Shown here: positions 20,860 through 29,873 of the stretch, in pieces
How the letters are laid out: every line of letters starts with the position of its first letter
Numbering within the stretch: the stretch's first letter is position 1
Assembly: GCA_963667785.2 (NCBI GenBank)
Contig: CAXXMU010000001.1
Coordinates: 128,001-192,000, forward strand
Length of the DNA stretch: 64,000 bases
Reading direction: 5' to 3'
From: Alphaproteobacteria bacterium
GTDB taxonomy: Bacteria; Pseudomonadota; Alphaproteobacteria; UBA828
Made by a program: the position numbers and the translations under genes
The notes under the pieces: model-generated
The model's database searches: none
The model's input: the letters and a program-made list of their open reading frames with translations, nothing else
What the model was told of the DNA's origin: nothing

Positions 20860-21374
20860 GCCTCGCCTCGCACCGTGGCCGCGTGGCCTGGGTCTTCGAG
20901 GAGGCGGACTTCGACGTGGACCAGATCGTCGGCGTCGAGAACATCCGCCTCACCGATCCGGACGCGCTCGCGGCCTGCGCCATGCGCCGCTACGACCCCG
21001 CCTTCGCCGAGGCGGTGCAGCCCGGCGATGTCGTCGTCGGCGCCGAGAACTTCGGCTACGGCCACCCCCACTTCGCGCCGATGATCGGGCTGCGCCGGCT
21101 CGGCATCGCCGCGGTGATCGCTGAGTCCTTCGCCACCGGCTACTGGCGGGAGGAGATCGCCGAGGGCTTTCCGCAGATCGCCTGCCCCGGCATCGCCGGG
21201 CTGGTGGCGCGCTGGGACGAGGTGGAGATCGACTGGGAGGGGGCGCAGGTCCGCAACCTGACGCGGGGCGGGGCGCTCCCCATCGCGCCCTATTCGAGCG
21301 CCGAGCGCGGCATGCTGCAGGCCGGCGGGCTGATCCCCTACCTGCGAGAGAAGTTGGCGGCAGACGGCGGCTGA
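20856..21374 (+). CDS. Aconitase swivel (LeuD-like) small subunit, divergent
   Basis: DVDQI, VVGAENFGYG, AVIAESFA; GTGA overlap with the large-subunit stop. Confidence 0.85.
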   Translation: MSLASHRGRVAWVFEEADFDVDQIVGVENIRLTDPDALAACAMRRYDPAFAEAVQPGDVVVGAENFGYGHPHFAPMIGLRRLGIAAVIAESFATGYWREEIAEGFPQIACPGIAGLVARWDEVEIDWEGAQVRNLTRGGALPIAPYSSAERGMLQAGGLIPYLREKLAADGG

Positions 21375-21384
21375 ACCGGCTCCC

Positions 21385-21819
21385 CTACGGGCGGGGGCGG
21401 TATTTCTCCGGCATCTGCGGGCTGTTGGCGGGGTCGGTGTCGTGCTTCGCGAGCCGGGTCACGACGCCCTTGCCGACGAGCGACCCGAGTTCCGCCTCCA
21501 GCGCATCGGCCCTGTCGCGGGCGTAGACCTCCCGGCCGCCGACATGGAGCGAGAAGGACTTCCGGTACTTCGCCCGCTTGGCAGGATCGGCGATCACCGC
21601 CTTGGTCCAGGCGTAGAGCGGGTAGTGCTCGATGCCGGTCGCCTCGGCCTCGGCGCAGTAGCCGGCGAAGGCATCGTACTGGCAGACCAGTGCCGCATCG
21701 TGCGCGGCGAGGATGGCGCGGAGCGGCGCGAGCCCCGCATGGTCCGCGCCCGCCCGCGCGGCGCTGGCGGCGTCCTCCGCGAGATCGACGCGAAGCTGGT
21801 AGAGCCACTCGTCCGCCAC
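21385..21819 (-). CDS. Hypothetical protein
   Basis: Protein-like composition (WLYQLRVDL...CQYDAFAGYC...YPLYAWTKA); AAGGAG precedes GTG 21819. Confidence 0.7.
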   Translation of the reverse strand: MADEWLYQLRVDLAEDAASAARAGADHAGLAPLRAILAAHDAALVCQYDAFAGYCAEAEATGIEHYPLYAWTKAVIADPAKRAKYRKSFSLHVGGREVYARDRADALEAELGSLVGKGVVTRLAKHDTDPANSPQMPEKYRPRP

Positions 21820-22006
21820 GTCCGGCTCCTTCAACGGCATGTCGTCCCCCAGTGTGGCATATCGCACCCACTCGCCAAGCCGGAGAGGCCCTCCCGCCGC
21901 CCTGGCCTTTGCCGCCCGCGGGCGCTCCGCGTATGGTGCCGGCCTGTGCGGCGGGGCAGGGGCTGCTGGGGTCCGATGACGCCCTCCGCAGCCCCGGTGC
22001 CCGCCC

Positions 22007-22843
22007 GTGACCTCTTCCCGCTTCCGCTCCCATCACGCGCTCGGCCTCGCGGCCGCGCTCGTCTTCGCGCTCTTTCCGGTCTTCTGGATGGTGTCCACCT
22101 CGCTGAAGCCGCTCGGCGAGTGGGCGGCGGTGCCGCCGCCCTGGGTGCCGCGCGACCTCACGCTCGCCAACTACGCGCCGCTCTACGAGCGCTTCGAGAT
22201 GAACTACGTCACGGCAAGGGGGACGGGGCTCGGCGCCATTCTCGATTCCTTCATCATCGGCGGCGCCACCACCGTGCTCGCGCTCGTCATCGGGCTCATG
22301 GCGGCGATCGGCTTCTCGCGCTACCGCGCCGGCAGCAACCGGCTCGCCATCGCGATCCTCACCGTCCGCGCCGTGCCGCCGATCACCCTGGCGATCCCGG
22401 CGCTCTTCCTCTTCACCTCGGTGGGGCTGCGCGACACCCATATCGGCATCGTCCTCGTGCACACGGCCTTCGCGGTGCCGTTCTCCTTCTGGATGCTGAA
22501 GAGCTTCATCGACGAGGTGCCGCCCGCCATCGAGGAGGCCGGCATGATGGACGGCATGAGCCGCCTGCGGGCGCATCTCGTCGTGACCCTGCCGCTGATC
22601 CGGGGCGGCCTCGCGGTGACCGGCCTCTTCATCTTCATCCTGACCTGGAACGAGTTCCTGCTGACCATGACGCTGAGCGACAAGGTCGTGGTGACCGTGC
22701 CGCTCTACCTGCACCATCACACCGGCGTCTACGGCGTGCAGGCGGCGCTCGCGAGCGCGGCCGCGCTCCCCATCGTGCTCTTCGGCTTGCTGATCCAGAA
22801 GCACCTCGCGCGCGCGTTCACCCTCGGCGCGATCAAGCAGTAG
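22007..22843 (+). CDS. Carbohydrate ABC transporter permease (MalG-like), orphan
   Basis: FPVFWMVSTSLK, EAA loop IEEAGMMDG, FILTWNEF. Confidence 0.9.
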   Translation: MTSSRFRSHHALGLAAALVFALFPVFWMVSTSLKPLGEWAAVPPPWVPRDLTLANYAPLYERFEMNYVTARGTGLGAILDSFIIGGATTVLALVIGLMAAIGFSRYRAGSNRLAIAILTVRAVPPITLAIPALFLFTSVGLRDTHIGIVLVHTAFAVPFSFWMLKSFIDEVPPAIEEAGMMDGMSRLRAHLVVTLPLIRGGLAVTGLFIFILTWNEFLLTMTLSDKVVVTVPLYLHHHTGVYGVQAALASAAALPIVLFGLLIQKHLARAFTLGAIKQ

Positions 22844-22873
22844 CCGCAGGCGCGGCGTCGGTCTCGGACGGAC

Positions 22874-22940
22874 GCGCGACAGGCCGCGACCGCGGCCCGC
22901 CGCTTATGCGGCGTCCTCGCGGAGGCGCCGGCCGTCGCGC
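22874..22940. terminator. Long imperfect hairpin between convergent genes
   Basis: Outer stem GCGCGAC...GTCGCGC, inner CGCCGC-TTAT-GCGGCG; no U-tract. Confidence 0.35.
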
Positions 22941-23043
22941 CGGTAGGCGCGCGGTATCAAATGACGGCCGGCAGGCGCGCGGTATCGAATGACGGCCGGC
23001 GGGCGCGCGGAATCGCTGGACGGCCGGCTGCCGTGAGCGACAA
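22940..23043 (+). repeat. Dispersed intergenic repeat, copy 1: three 28-bp units plus 20-bp tail
   Basis: Units at 22940, 22968 and 22996 (consensus CCGGCAGGCGCGCGGTATCGAATGACGG), then CCGGCTGCCGTGAGCGACAA. Confidence 0.85.
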
Positions 23044-23084
23044 AACGCTGGACCGCTTCTGTTTCACACAGAAGCGGTCCAGCC

Positions 23085-24410
23085 TCACCCGAGCGCGGCG
23101 TCGACCTCGTCCAGGATCGTATCGAGAATGCCGATGGCGTCGCCGATCTGGTCTGCGTCGATGCAGAGCGGCGGGCCGATCAGGAGGCCGTTGAGGCAGA
23201 TCCTGGCCTCCAGCCCGTGCTCCAGCAGCCGGCGCTTCATCGTCTCGTTCAGCGCCCGGTGGTTGGGCGCGGTCGAGAAGGGCGCGTCGCTCGCCGGGTC
23301 GGCGGTGAGCTCGATCGAGGCCAGCAGGCCGAGCGAGCGCACGTCCGAGACGCAAGCGTGGCGCGCCTTGAGGCCGCCCAGGCCGGCCGCCAGCACGGTG
23401 CCCATGCGGGCCGCGTTCTCGATCAGCCCGTCGTTCTCGTAGGCGTCGAGCGCGGCGCAGGCGGCGGCGCAGGCGAGCGGGTTCGCCGTCTGGGTCGAGC
23501 CCATGGGGAACCAGTCCTCGTCGAAGCTGGCGGCCACGTGGGGGCGCATCAGCACCGCTCCCATCGGCACGTAGCCCGAGGTGATGCCCTTGGAGACCGC
23601 CATCAGGTCGGGCACCACGTCCCAGTGCTCGATGCCGAACCAGCGCCCGGTGCGGCCGAAGCCGCAGATCACCTCGTCGGCGATCATCAGGATGCCGTGG
23701 CGGTCGCAGATCTCCCGCAGGATGGGGAAGTATTCCGGCGGCGGCTTGATCCCCCCGCTCGCAGCCGTCATGGGCTCGACGATGACGGCGGCGATCTGCC
23801 CCGGCCCCTCGCGCTCGATCACCTCCTCGACGCTCTTCGCGCACTGCACCCCGCAGCCGGGGTAGGAGAGCGAGAAGGGGCAGCGGTGGCAGTAGGGATC
23901 GAGGAAGCGCACGATGTTGGGGTGATCGTAGCCCACGGCGAGCCGCCTGGGATCGCCGCTCGCCGACATCGAGCCGGACGTGGTGCCGTGGTAGGAGCGG
24001 TACTTGGCGAGGATCTTGCGCCGCCCGGTCACGAGGCGCGCGACCATCATGGCGATCTCGGTGGCCTCGCTGCCGGAGCCCGTGAAGAACGCCGTCTGGA
24101 TGTCGCCGGGGGCGACGGCGGCGAGCTTGCGGCCTAGCGTCTCGCGCGCGGCCGTGGTGTGGTGCGGGCCGATGTAGCAGAGCCTGCCGGCCTGCTCCCG
24201 GATCGCCTCGATCACCTTCGGGTGCTGGTAGCCGAGATTGACGTTCACCAGCTGCGAGGAGAAATCGAGATAGCGCTTGCCGGCGGTGTCGTAGAAGTAG
24301 ACTCCCTCGCCGCTCTCCATCTCGATCACCGGGTCCAGCGCGTTCTGCGCGGCCCAGGGGATGATGTCGTAGCGCCGGTTGGCGCCAGCCGTCGTCGCCT
24401 GCTCGCTCAT
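23085..24410 (-). CDS. Class III aminotransferase (taurine/beta-alanine/BioA-like)
   Basis: YLDFSSQLVN, FTGSGSEA, SYHG, IADEVICGFGRTG, SKGITSGYVP. Confidence 0.9.
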   Translation of the reverse strand: MSEQATTAGANRRYDIIPWAAQNALDPVIEMESGEGVYFYDTAGKRYLDFSSQLVNVNLGYQHPKVIEAIREQAGRLCYIGPHHTTAARETLGRKLAAVAPGDIQTAFFTGSGSEATEIAMMVARLVTGRRKILAKYRSYHGTTSGSMSASGDPRRLAVGYDHPNIVRFLDPYCHRCPFSLSYPGCGVQCAKSVEEVIEREGPGQIAAVIVEPMTAASGGIKPPPEYFPILREICDRHGILMIADEVICGFGRTGRWFGIEHWDVVPDLMAVSKGITSGYVPMGAVLMRPHVAASFDEDWFPMGSTQTANPLACAAACAALDAYENDGLIENAARMGTVLAAGLGGLKARHACVSDVRSLGLLASIELTADPASDAPFSTAPNHRALNETMKRRLLEHGLEARICLNGLLIGPPLCIDADQIGDAIGILDTILDEVDAALG

Positions 24411-24459
24411 CTGTTCCTCCTGCTGCGCCTTCCGGCTGCCCGCCGCGTCTGGGCGGCCG

Positions 24460-24807
24460 CTAGCGCGCGGCCACCACCATGATCTCGACCGTGTAGGCCG
24501 GCGTCGCCAGCCTGCTCTCGACGCAGGCCCGGCAGGGCGGGTTCTCCTTGGAGACCCAGGGGTCCCACACGCTGTTCATCTCGTCGAAGGTGCGGATGTC
24601 CGAGAGCCAGACATTGGCGGTCAGAATCTGCTCCTTCGACGAGCCCGCCTTGGCCAGCAGGGCCTCGATCTTGGCGATCACCTGCCGGGTCTGGCCGGCG
24701 ACGTCCTGGCTGGTGTCGTCGGCCACCTGGCCGGCGAGGTAGACCCGGTCGCCGTGCACCACCGCCTGGCTCATGCGGGGGCCCTTGTCGAAGCGTTCGA
24801 TTGTCAT
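24460..24807 (-). CDS. RidA family protein (YoaB-like)
   Basis: RMSQAVVH, YLAGQVA, MNSVWDPW, PPCRACVE. Confidence 0.92.
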   Translation of the reverse strand: MTIERFDKGPRMSQAVVHGDRVYLAGQVADDTSQDVAGQTRQVIAKIEALLAKAGSSKEQILTANVWLSDIRTFDEMNSVWDPWVSKENPPCRACVESRLATPAYTVEIMVVAAR

Positions 24808-24876
24808 GGCGTGTCTCCCTTTTCTGATGGAGTGCGGTTGGCTGATGGTAGCGGGGATGCCGGCTTCGTGCAGCGC

Positions 24877-26169
24877 TCACCCGCAGGCTCGGGCCTCGAT
24901 ATCCTGCGCCGCGCGGGTCACGGCCGCGATTTCGGGGTAGGCGGCGGCGTTCGTCAGCAGCTCACGGCCGAGGAGGAGGGCCGGGCGCTCGCAGGCGGCG
25001 CGGCGGTCGGGATCCTCGATCCACTCGAAATCGATGTTGTGGGCGATTCCCAAGATGCGGCGGATCATCTTGGCGCCGGCGAACTGCAGCGTGTCGGTGA
25101 AGAGGGCGGCGATGGCGTCGTCGCGCGCGTGCGCAAGCGAGGCGGCACCGTCTGCGCCCGCGAAGAGCGCCGCCGGGTAGGCGTCGCCCTCGCGTTCCGC
25201 CCAGAGCGCGCCGAAGCGCTCGGCGAAGCCCAGCCAGAACGCCTCGACGGTCTCCAGCACCCAGGCCTTGTAGCCCGCGCGGTCGTCCGCCTCCGTCGCG
25301 TGGCCCGCCTGGCTGAAGTAGTTGAGCAGCAGGTTGCCGACGAAGGCGCCGGTATCGAAGCCCATCGGCCCGTAGAAGGCGAACTCGGGGTCGATGACGC
25401 GGGTGTCCTCCTGCGTCACCATGATCGAGCCGGTGTGCAGGTCGCCGTGGATCAGCGCCTCGGCGCTCCCCATGAAGCGGCACTTGAGGCGGGAGACGGC
25501 GCGCTTCAGCGGCGCATCGGCGCGGAACGCGGCGGCGATGTCGTCGAGCTGCGGCGAGGTCCAGCGGTTGTTGTCGTGGACCATGTAGGGCTCGGTGAAG
25601 ATCACGTCCTCGGTGATCCCGCAGAGCGCCGTGTTGCCGCAGAAGAGCGCGACGCGCGCCTTCTTGTCGGCCCCGCCCATGCCGAGATCGGAGGTGAAGA
25701 AGAGGGTGCGCGCCATGTATTCCGCCATGTCGGCGGCCACGCGCGGGTAGCGGATGCCCTGGATCATGCCGCGCCGCATGATGATGTGGGGCTCCAGCAG
25801 CTCCATCACCGTCAGCATCATCACGGGGTCGAAGCGGTAGACGGCGGGCGTGAGCCCCGGCGCGTGGCGGCCGTGCTCGACCAGCGCCTCGTGCTCGAAG
25901 AGGGCGCGGTCGAGCGGCAGCGGCCAGCTCTCGCCCACCAGCCGCACGTAGGGCAGCGCCTGCTTCACGCAGAGGCCGCCGGCGGGGCCGTGCACGAGGA
26001 AGACCAGGTTGAGGTTGCCGTCGCCGACCTCGTCCACCTGCCAGGCCGCAGGCGCGCCGCCGAGGCGGGCGGAGAGCGCCGGGTGCTCGGCGAGATAGGG
26101 GGGAAGGCTCGCCGCATCCAGGGGGCGGTAGCCGTCGGGCACGGCGATGGGGTTCTGGTCTTTGCTCAC
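24877..26169 (-). CDS. mtnK: S-methyl-5-thioribose kinase
   Basis: EVGDGNLNLVF, KQALPYVRLVGESWPL, HGDLHTGS, IDPEFAFYGPMGFD. Confidence 0.95.
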   Translation of the reverse strand: MSKDQNPIAVPDGYRPLDAASLPPYLAEHPALSARLGGAPAAWQVDEVGDGNLNLVFLVHGPAGGLCVKQALPYVRLVGESWPLPLDRALFEHEALVEHGRHAPGLTPAVYRFDPVMMLTVMELLEPHIIMRRGMIQGIRYPRVAADMAEYMARTLFFTSDLGMGGADKKARVALFCGNTALCGITEDVIFTEPYMVHDNNRWTSPQLDDIAAAFRADAPLKRAVSRLKCRFMGSAEALIHGDLHTGSIMVTQEDTRVIDPEFAFYGPMGFDTGAFVGNLLLNYFSQAGHATEADDRAGYKAWVLETVEAFWLGFAERFGALWAEREGDAYPAALFAGADGAASLAHARDDAIAALFTDTLQFAGAKMIRRILGIAHNIDFEWIEDPDRRAACERPALLLGRELLTNAAAYPEIAAVTRAAQDIEARACG

Positions 26170-26238
26170 GGCCCGGTCGATCCCTGCCGGTGGGACGGCC
26201 AGACCATAGTCGATCGCCGGCCCCCCGCGAAGGCGCCG

Positions 26239-27249
26239 CTATTCGCCCCACACCTCGCGGAAGACCCGGACCCAGTTGCCGCCGAGAATCTTCTTCGTCG
26301 TCTCCTCGCCGTAGCCGCGCTCCAGCAGGCGCCTGGTCAGGTTGCGCAGCGTGCGCGGCGTGGCGATGCCGTCCGGGAAGTGATGCGGCGGCGGCGGGTA
26401 GGATTCGGGCCGCCAGTCGCCGGCCGCGATGCGCCCCTCGTACATGCGCGTGGACTCCTCGTCGCTGACCACCGGCGCCTGCCCCTTGTAGTAGTCGAGG
26501 CCGAGGCCGACGTGGTCGTCGCCCACGAGGCCCACCACATGGTCGATGTGATCGACGAACTCGTCGAGAGTGGGTCTGGGCGATGCGCTGACGAAGGGCG
26601 GAAAGCCGACGATGCCGATCAGGCCGCCGGTCGCGGCCGCCGCCCTGATCTGCTCGTCGCTGATGTTGCGCGGCGATTCCCTCACCGCCTTCGCGTTCGA
26701 GTGCGAGAAGACCACGGGGCGCGAGGACGCCTCGATCGCATCCATGGTGGTGCGATAGCCGGTATGGCTGCAATCGACCACGATGCGGGCCTCGTTGAGG
26801 CGCTCGATCACCTTGAGGCCGAAGGTGCTGAGCCCGGCGTCGGTCCGCTCCTCGCAGCCGTCGCCCACGCGGTTCTTCACGTTGTAGGCGAGCTGGATCA
26901 TGCCGACGCCGAGCGCTTTGTAGGCATCGATCAGGTTGAGGTCGTCCTCGATCGGCTCGGTCCCCTGGAAGTGGAACACCACGCCGAGCCGGCGCGCGGT
27001 TTTGGCGGCGGCGAAGTCGGCAGCCCGCCTGACGAGGACGAGCCTCGGGTCCCTCTCGATGGCGCGGATCCACTCGCCCAGCACCCGCAGCGTGGGGCCG
27101 GCGCGCTGGAACGCGCCGACGGTCGGCCCCGCCGCGGTCGCGCCGCCCTCGATCCACCAGTCGATGTACCGACGGTCCATCACGAGCGGGCATACCGCGT
27201 CGATCACGATGGCCTCGTCGTGGAGTCGCTTGTCGTCGATCGTGCCCAC
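26239..27249 (-). CDS. Membrane/renal dipeptidase family (M19)
   Basis: QLAYNVKNRVGDG, VDCSH, FSHSN, RNISDEQI, HVGLGLD, KILGGNWVRV. Confidence 0.9.
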   Translation of the reverse strand: MGTIDDKRLHDEAIVIDAVCPLVMDRRYIDWWIEGGATAAGPTVGAFQRAGPTLRVLGEWIRAIERDPRLVLVRRAADFAAAKTARRLGVVFHFQGTEPIEDDLNLIDAYKALGVGMIQLAYNVKNRVGDGCEERTDAGLSTFGLKVIERLNEARIVVDCSHTGYRTTMDAIEASSRPVVFSHSNAKAVRESPRNISDEQIRAAAATGGLIGIVGFPPFVSASPRPTLDEFVDHIDHVVGLVGDDHVGLGLDYYKGQAPVVSDEESTRMYEGRIAAGDWRPESYPPPPHHFPDGIATPRTLRNLTRRLLERGYGEETTKKILGGNWVRVFREVWGE

Positions 27250-27429
27250 GCCTGGAGCCTCCCTCTCACGCGCCCGTCGCGCCGTCGCGACCGTCCCGTC
27301 CCGTCCCTGTCTCTTTCGAGCGCCGGGCGGCATTCTCGCCCAAGAGTCGCGGCGAGGGCAGTGCTCGCGACACCGCGAGACGAGCCGTGCGGGATTGACG
27401 GCCGGCCCGCGCCCGGCCATCGTCGGCGC

Positions 27430-28131
27430 GTGCCGACCGCCCTCAGTATCGTCATCCCCACCCTCGACGCCGCCGACGTTCTCGGCGCGACGCTTGCCGC
27501 GCTCGCTCCCGGCGTCGAGCGGCTCGGTGCGCGCGGCACGCCGGTCGAGGTCGTGATCGCCGACGGCGGCTCCCGCGACGGGACGGCCGAGGAGGCCCGC
27601 CGGCGCGGACTGCGGCTGACGAGCGCGGCGCAGGGGCGGGGCCGGCAGCTCGCGGCCGGTGCCGAGGCGGCGTCCGGCGCGTGGCTGCTCTTCCTCCACG
27701 CCGACACGCGCCCCGCGCCCGGCTGGGCCGACGAGGTGAGCGCCTTCGTCGCCGCGCCCGGCAACGAGGGCCGCGCAGCCTGCTTCCGCTTCGCCCTCGA
27801 CGATCGCGGGGCGGCGCCGCGCCTGCTGGAGCGGCTGGTGGCGCTCCGCTGCCGCCTCCTCTCGCTCCCCTACGGCGACCAGGGGCTGCTGATCCACCGA
27901 AGCCTCTACGAGGCGCTGGGGGGATTCCGCCCGTTGCCCCTCATGGAGGACGTGGACCTCGCCCGCCGCATCGGCCGGCGGCGGCTCGCCTATCTGGCGA
28001 CGCCGGCGGTCACCTCGGCCGTGCGCTACCGCCGCGCGGGCTACGGCGCGCGCGTGCTGCGCAACGTCTGCTGCCTGATGCTCTTCTCGCTGGGGGTCAG
28101 GGCCGAAACGGTGGCTAGGCTCTACGGATGA
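27430..28131 (+). CDS. GT2 glycosyltransferase, TIGR04283 type
   Basis: LSIVIPTL, ADGGSRD, GRGRQL, LFLHADT, LPYGDQGL, LMEDV; TTGACG-N17-CATCGT ends 6 nt before the GTG. Confidence 0.9.
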   Translation: MPTALSIVIPTLDAADVLGATLAALAPGVERLGARGTPVEVVIADGGSRDGTAEEARRRGLRLTSAAQGRGRQLAAGAEAASGAWLLFLHADTRPAPGWADEVSAFVAAPGNEGRAACFRFALDDRGAAPRLLERLVALRCRLLSLPYGDQGLLIHRSLYEALGGFRPLPLMEDVDLARRIGRRRLAYLATPAVTSAVRYRRAGYGARVLRNVCCLMLFSLGVRAETVARLYG

Positions 28132-28820
28132 GGCCGCACGAGCGCCACCTCGCGATCTTCGCCAAGGAGCCGAGGCTAGGCCGGGCCAAGAGGCGCCTCG
28201 CCGGCGACGTCGGCCACGCCGAGGCCTGGCTCTTCTACCGCAGGCTGGTGCGCCGCGTGCTGCCGCCGATCGCCCGCGACCCACGCTGGACCACGTGGCT
28301 CGCGACGACGCCCGACGATTGGCAGGGACGGGAGCCCTTCTGGCCCTTCGCCCTGCCGCGCATCGGGCAGGGGCCGGGCGATGTCGGACGGCGCATGCTG
28401 CGCGTCTTCCGCAGCCTGCCGCCGGGGCCGGCGATCATCGTCGGCAGCGACATCCCGGGGCTCGCGCCGGCCCACGTCGCGCGCGGCTTCGCAGCGCTCG
28501 GCCGCGCCGACATGGTGCTGGGGCCGGCGACCGACGGCGGCTACTGGCTGATCGGGCTGAGCCAGCGCGCCCGCGCGATCGACCCCTTCCGGGACGTGCG
28601 CTGGTCGAGCCCGTGGGCGCTCGCCGACACCATGCGCGGGCTGCCGGCGGGCTTCCGCCTCGCTCGGGCCGACTGCCTCGCCGACGTGGACGACGGCGAG
28701 GCCTACGACCGCTGGCGCGCCCAGGCGAGCGCACCCGCCGAGACGCGCGAACGGGTTGGCGAACGCTCCTTGCTGCGCCCTCGGGCCAGCGAACCCTCCC
28801 GCTACGCGCGCACGGGATAG
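28128..28820 (+). CDS. TIGR04282 / DUF2064 transferase
   Basis: IFAKEPRLGRAKRRL, QGPGDVGRRM, VGSDIP, LGPATDGGYWLIG, DVD. Confidence 0.9.
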   Translation: MRPHERHLAIFAKEPRLGRAKRRLAGDVGHAEAWLFYRRLVRRVLPPIARDPRWTTWLATTPDDWQGREPFWPFALPRIGQGPGDVGRRMLRVFRSLPPGPAIIVGSDIPGLAPAHVARGFAALGRADMVLGPATDGGYWLIGLSQRARAIDPFRDVRWSSPWALADTMRGLPAGFRLARADCLADVDDGEAYDRWRAQASAPAETRERVGERSLLRPRASEPSRYARTG

Positions 28821-28871
28821 CGCGTTCTCCCGCGAGCGCGCTCAGGCGAGCGACTCTTTCCTCCCGCGCGC

Positions 28872-29264
28872 TCAGGCGAGCGCGACGCACTCGATCTCGA
28901 TGTCGAACTCCATCGGCCACGACGCCATGGCGACGAAGGTCCTGGCCGGCGGATCGTGCGGGAAGTAGCGCCCGTAGATCTCGTTCACGATCCGGTAGTA
29001 GGCGGAATTGGTGACGAAGACGTTGCACTTCACTACGCGCGCGAGCGAGGAGCCGGCGCTTTCCAGCGTGTGCTGCATCACCCTCATCACCTGCTCGGTC
29101 TGCACGTCGATCCCGCCCTTCACCATCTGGCCCGTCTCGAGGTCGAGCGGCGGCAGGCCCGAGACGTAGAGGAAGCCGCCCGCGCGCACGCAGGGCGAGA
29201 GCGGCACGCCGATCTGGCGCAGCGCGTCCGAGAGCTTGGGTATCTCGACGATTTCCTTCTCCAC
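28872..29264 (-). CDS. RidA family protein
   Basis: FLYVSG, VVKCNVF, NEIYGRYF, PPART, IEIECVA. Confidence 0.9.
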   Translation of the reverse strand: MEKEIVEIPKLSDALRQIGVPLSPCVRAGGFLYVSGLPPLDLETGQMVKGGIDVQTEQVMRVMQHTLESAGSSLARVVKCNVFVTNSAYYRIVNEIYGRYFPHDPPARTFVAMASWPMEFDIEIECVALA

Positions 29265-29303
29265 CGTTCCTTCTCCTTCTCCCGGTCTCAGACGGCGCGC
29301 CAT

Positions 29304-29873
29304 CTATATGGCGCGCGCGTCAGGCTGCGCGGACGCGCGACGTTCGCTCTCCTGCAGGCGGGGCATCAGCTCCACCAGGTTGCACGGCCGCCAGCGATAG
29401 TCGAGCTGGTAGCGGAGGATCTTGTCCCAGCCGTCCTTGCAGGCGCCGGGCGAGCCCGGCAGCGCGAACAGGTAGGTGCCGCCGGCAACGCCGCCGGTGG
29501 TGCGGGACTGCATCGTCGACGTGCCGATCAGCTCGTAGCTGAGCTGGCGGAAGAGCTCGCCGAAGCCCGGTATCTCCTTGTCGTAGACCTCCTGGAAGGC
29601 CTCCGGCGTCACGTCGCGGCCGGTCACCCCGGTGCCGCCGGTCGCGATCACCGCGTCGACCTCCGTATCGGCGATCCAGCCCCTGAGCGCCGCGACGATC
29701 TCGGCCCGCTCGTCGGTCACGATGCGGCGGGCGGCGACGCGGTGGCCTGCCCCCTCGATCCGCTCCACCAGCACCCGGCCGGAGCGGTCGTCCGCCATCC
29801 CGCGGCTGTCCGAGACCGTGAGCACCGCGATGTTGACGGCGCGGAAGGGCCTCTTCTCGTCGATTCCGATCAT
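29304..29873 (-). CDS. moaB: Molybdenum cofactor biosynthesis protein B
   Basis: IAVLTVSDSR, TGGTGVTGRDVTPEA, PGFGELFR, ALPGSPGAC. Confidence 0.95.
   Translation of the reverse strand: MIGIDEKRPFRAVNIAVLTVSDSRGMADDRSGRVLVERIEGAGHRVAARRIVTDERAEIVAALRGWIADTEVDAVIATGGTGVTGRDVTPEAFQEVYDKEIPGFGELFRQLSYELIGTSTMQSRTTGGVAGGTYLFALPGSPGACKDGWDKILRYQLDYRWRPCNLVELMPRLQESERRASAQPDARAI

Noticed and set aside
22940-23043. 28-bp repeats as a mini-CRISPR
   Set aside because: Units abut directly with no spacers and are degenerate.
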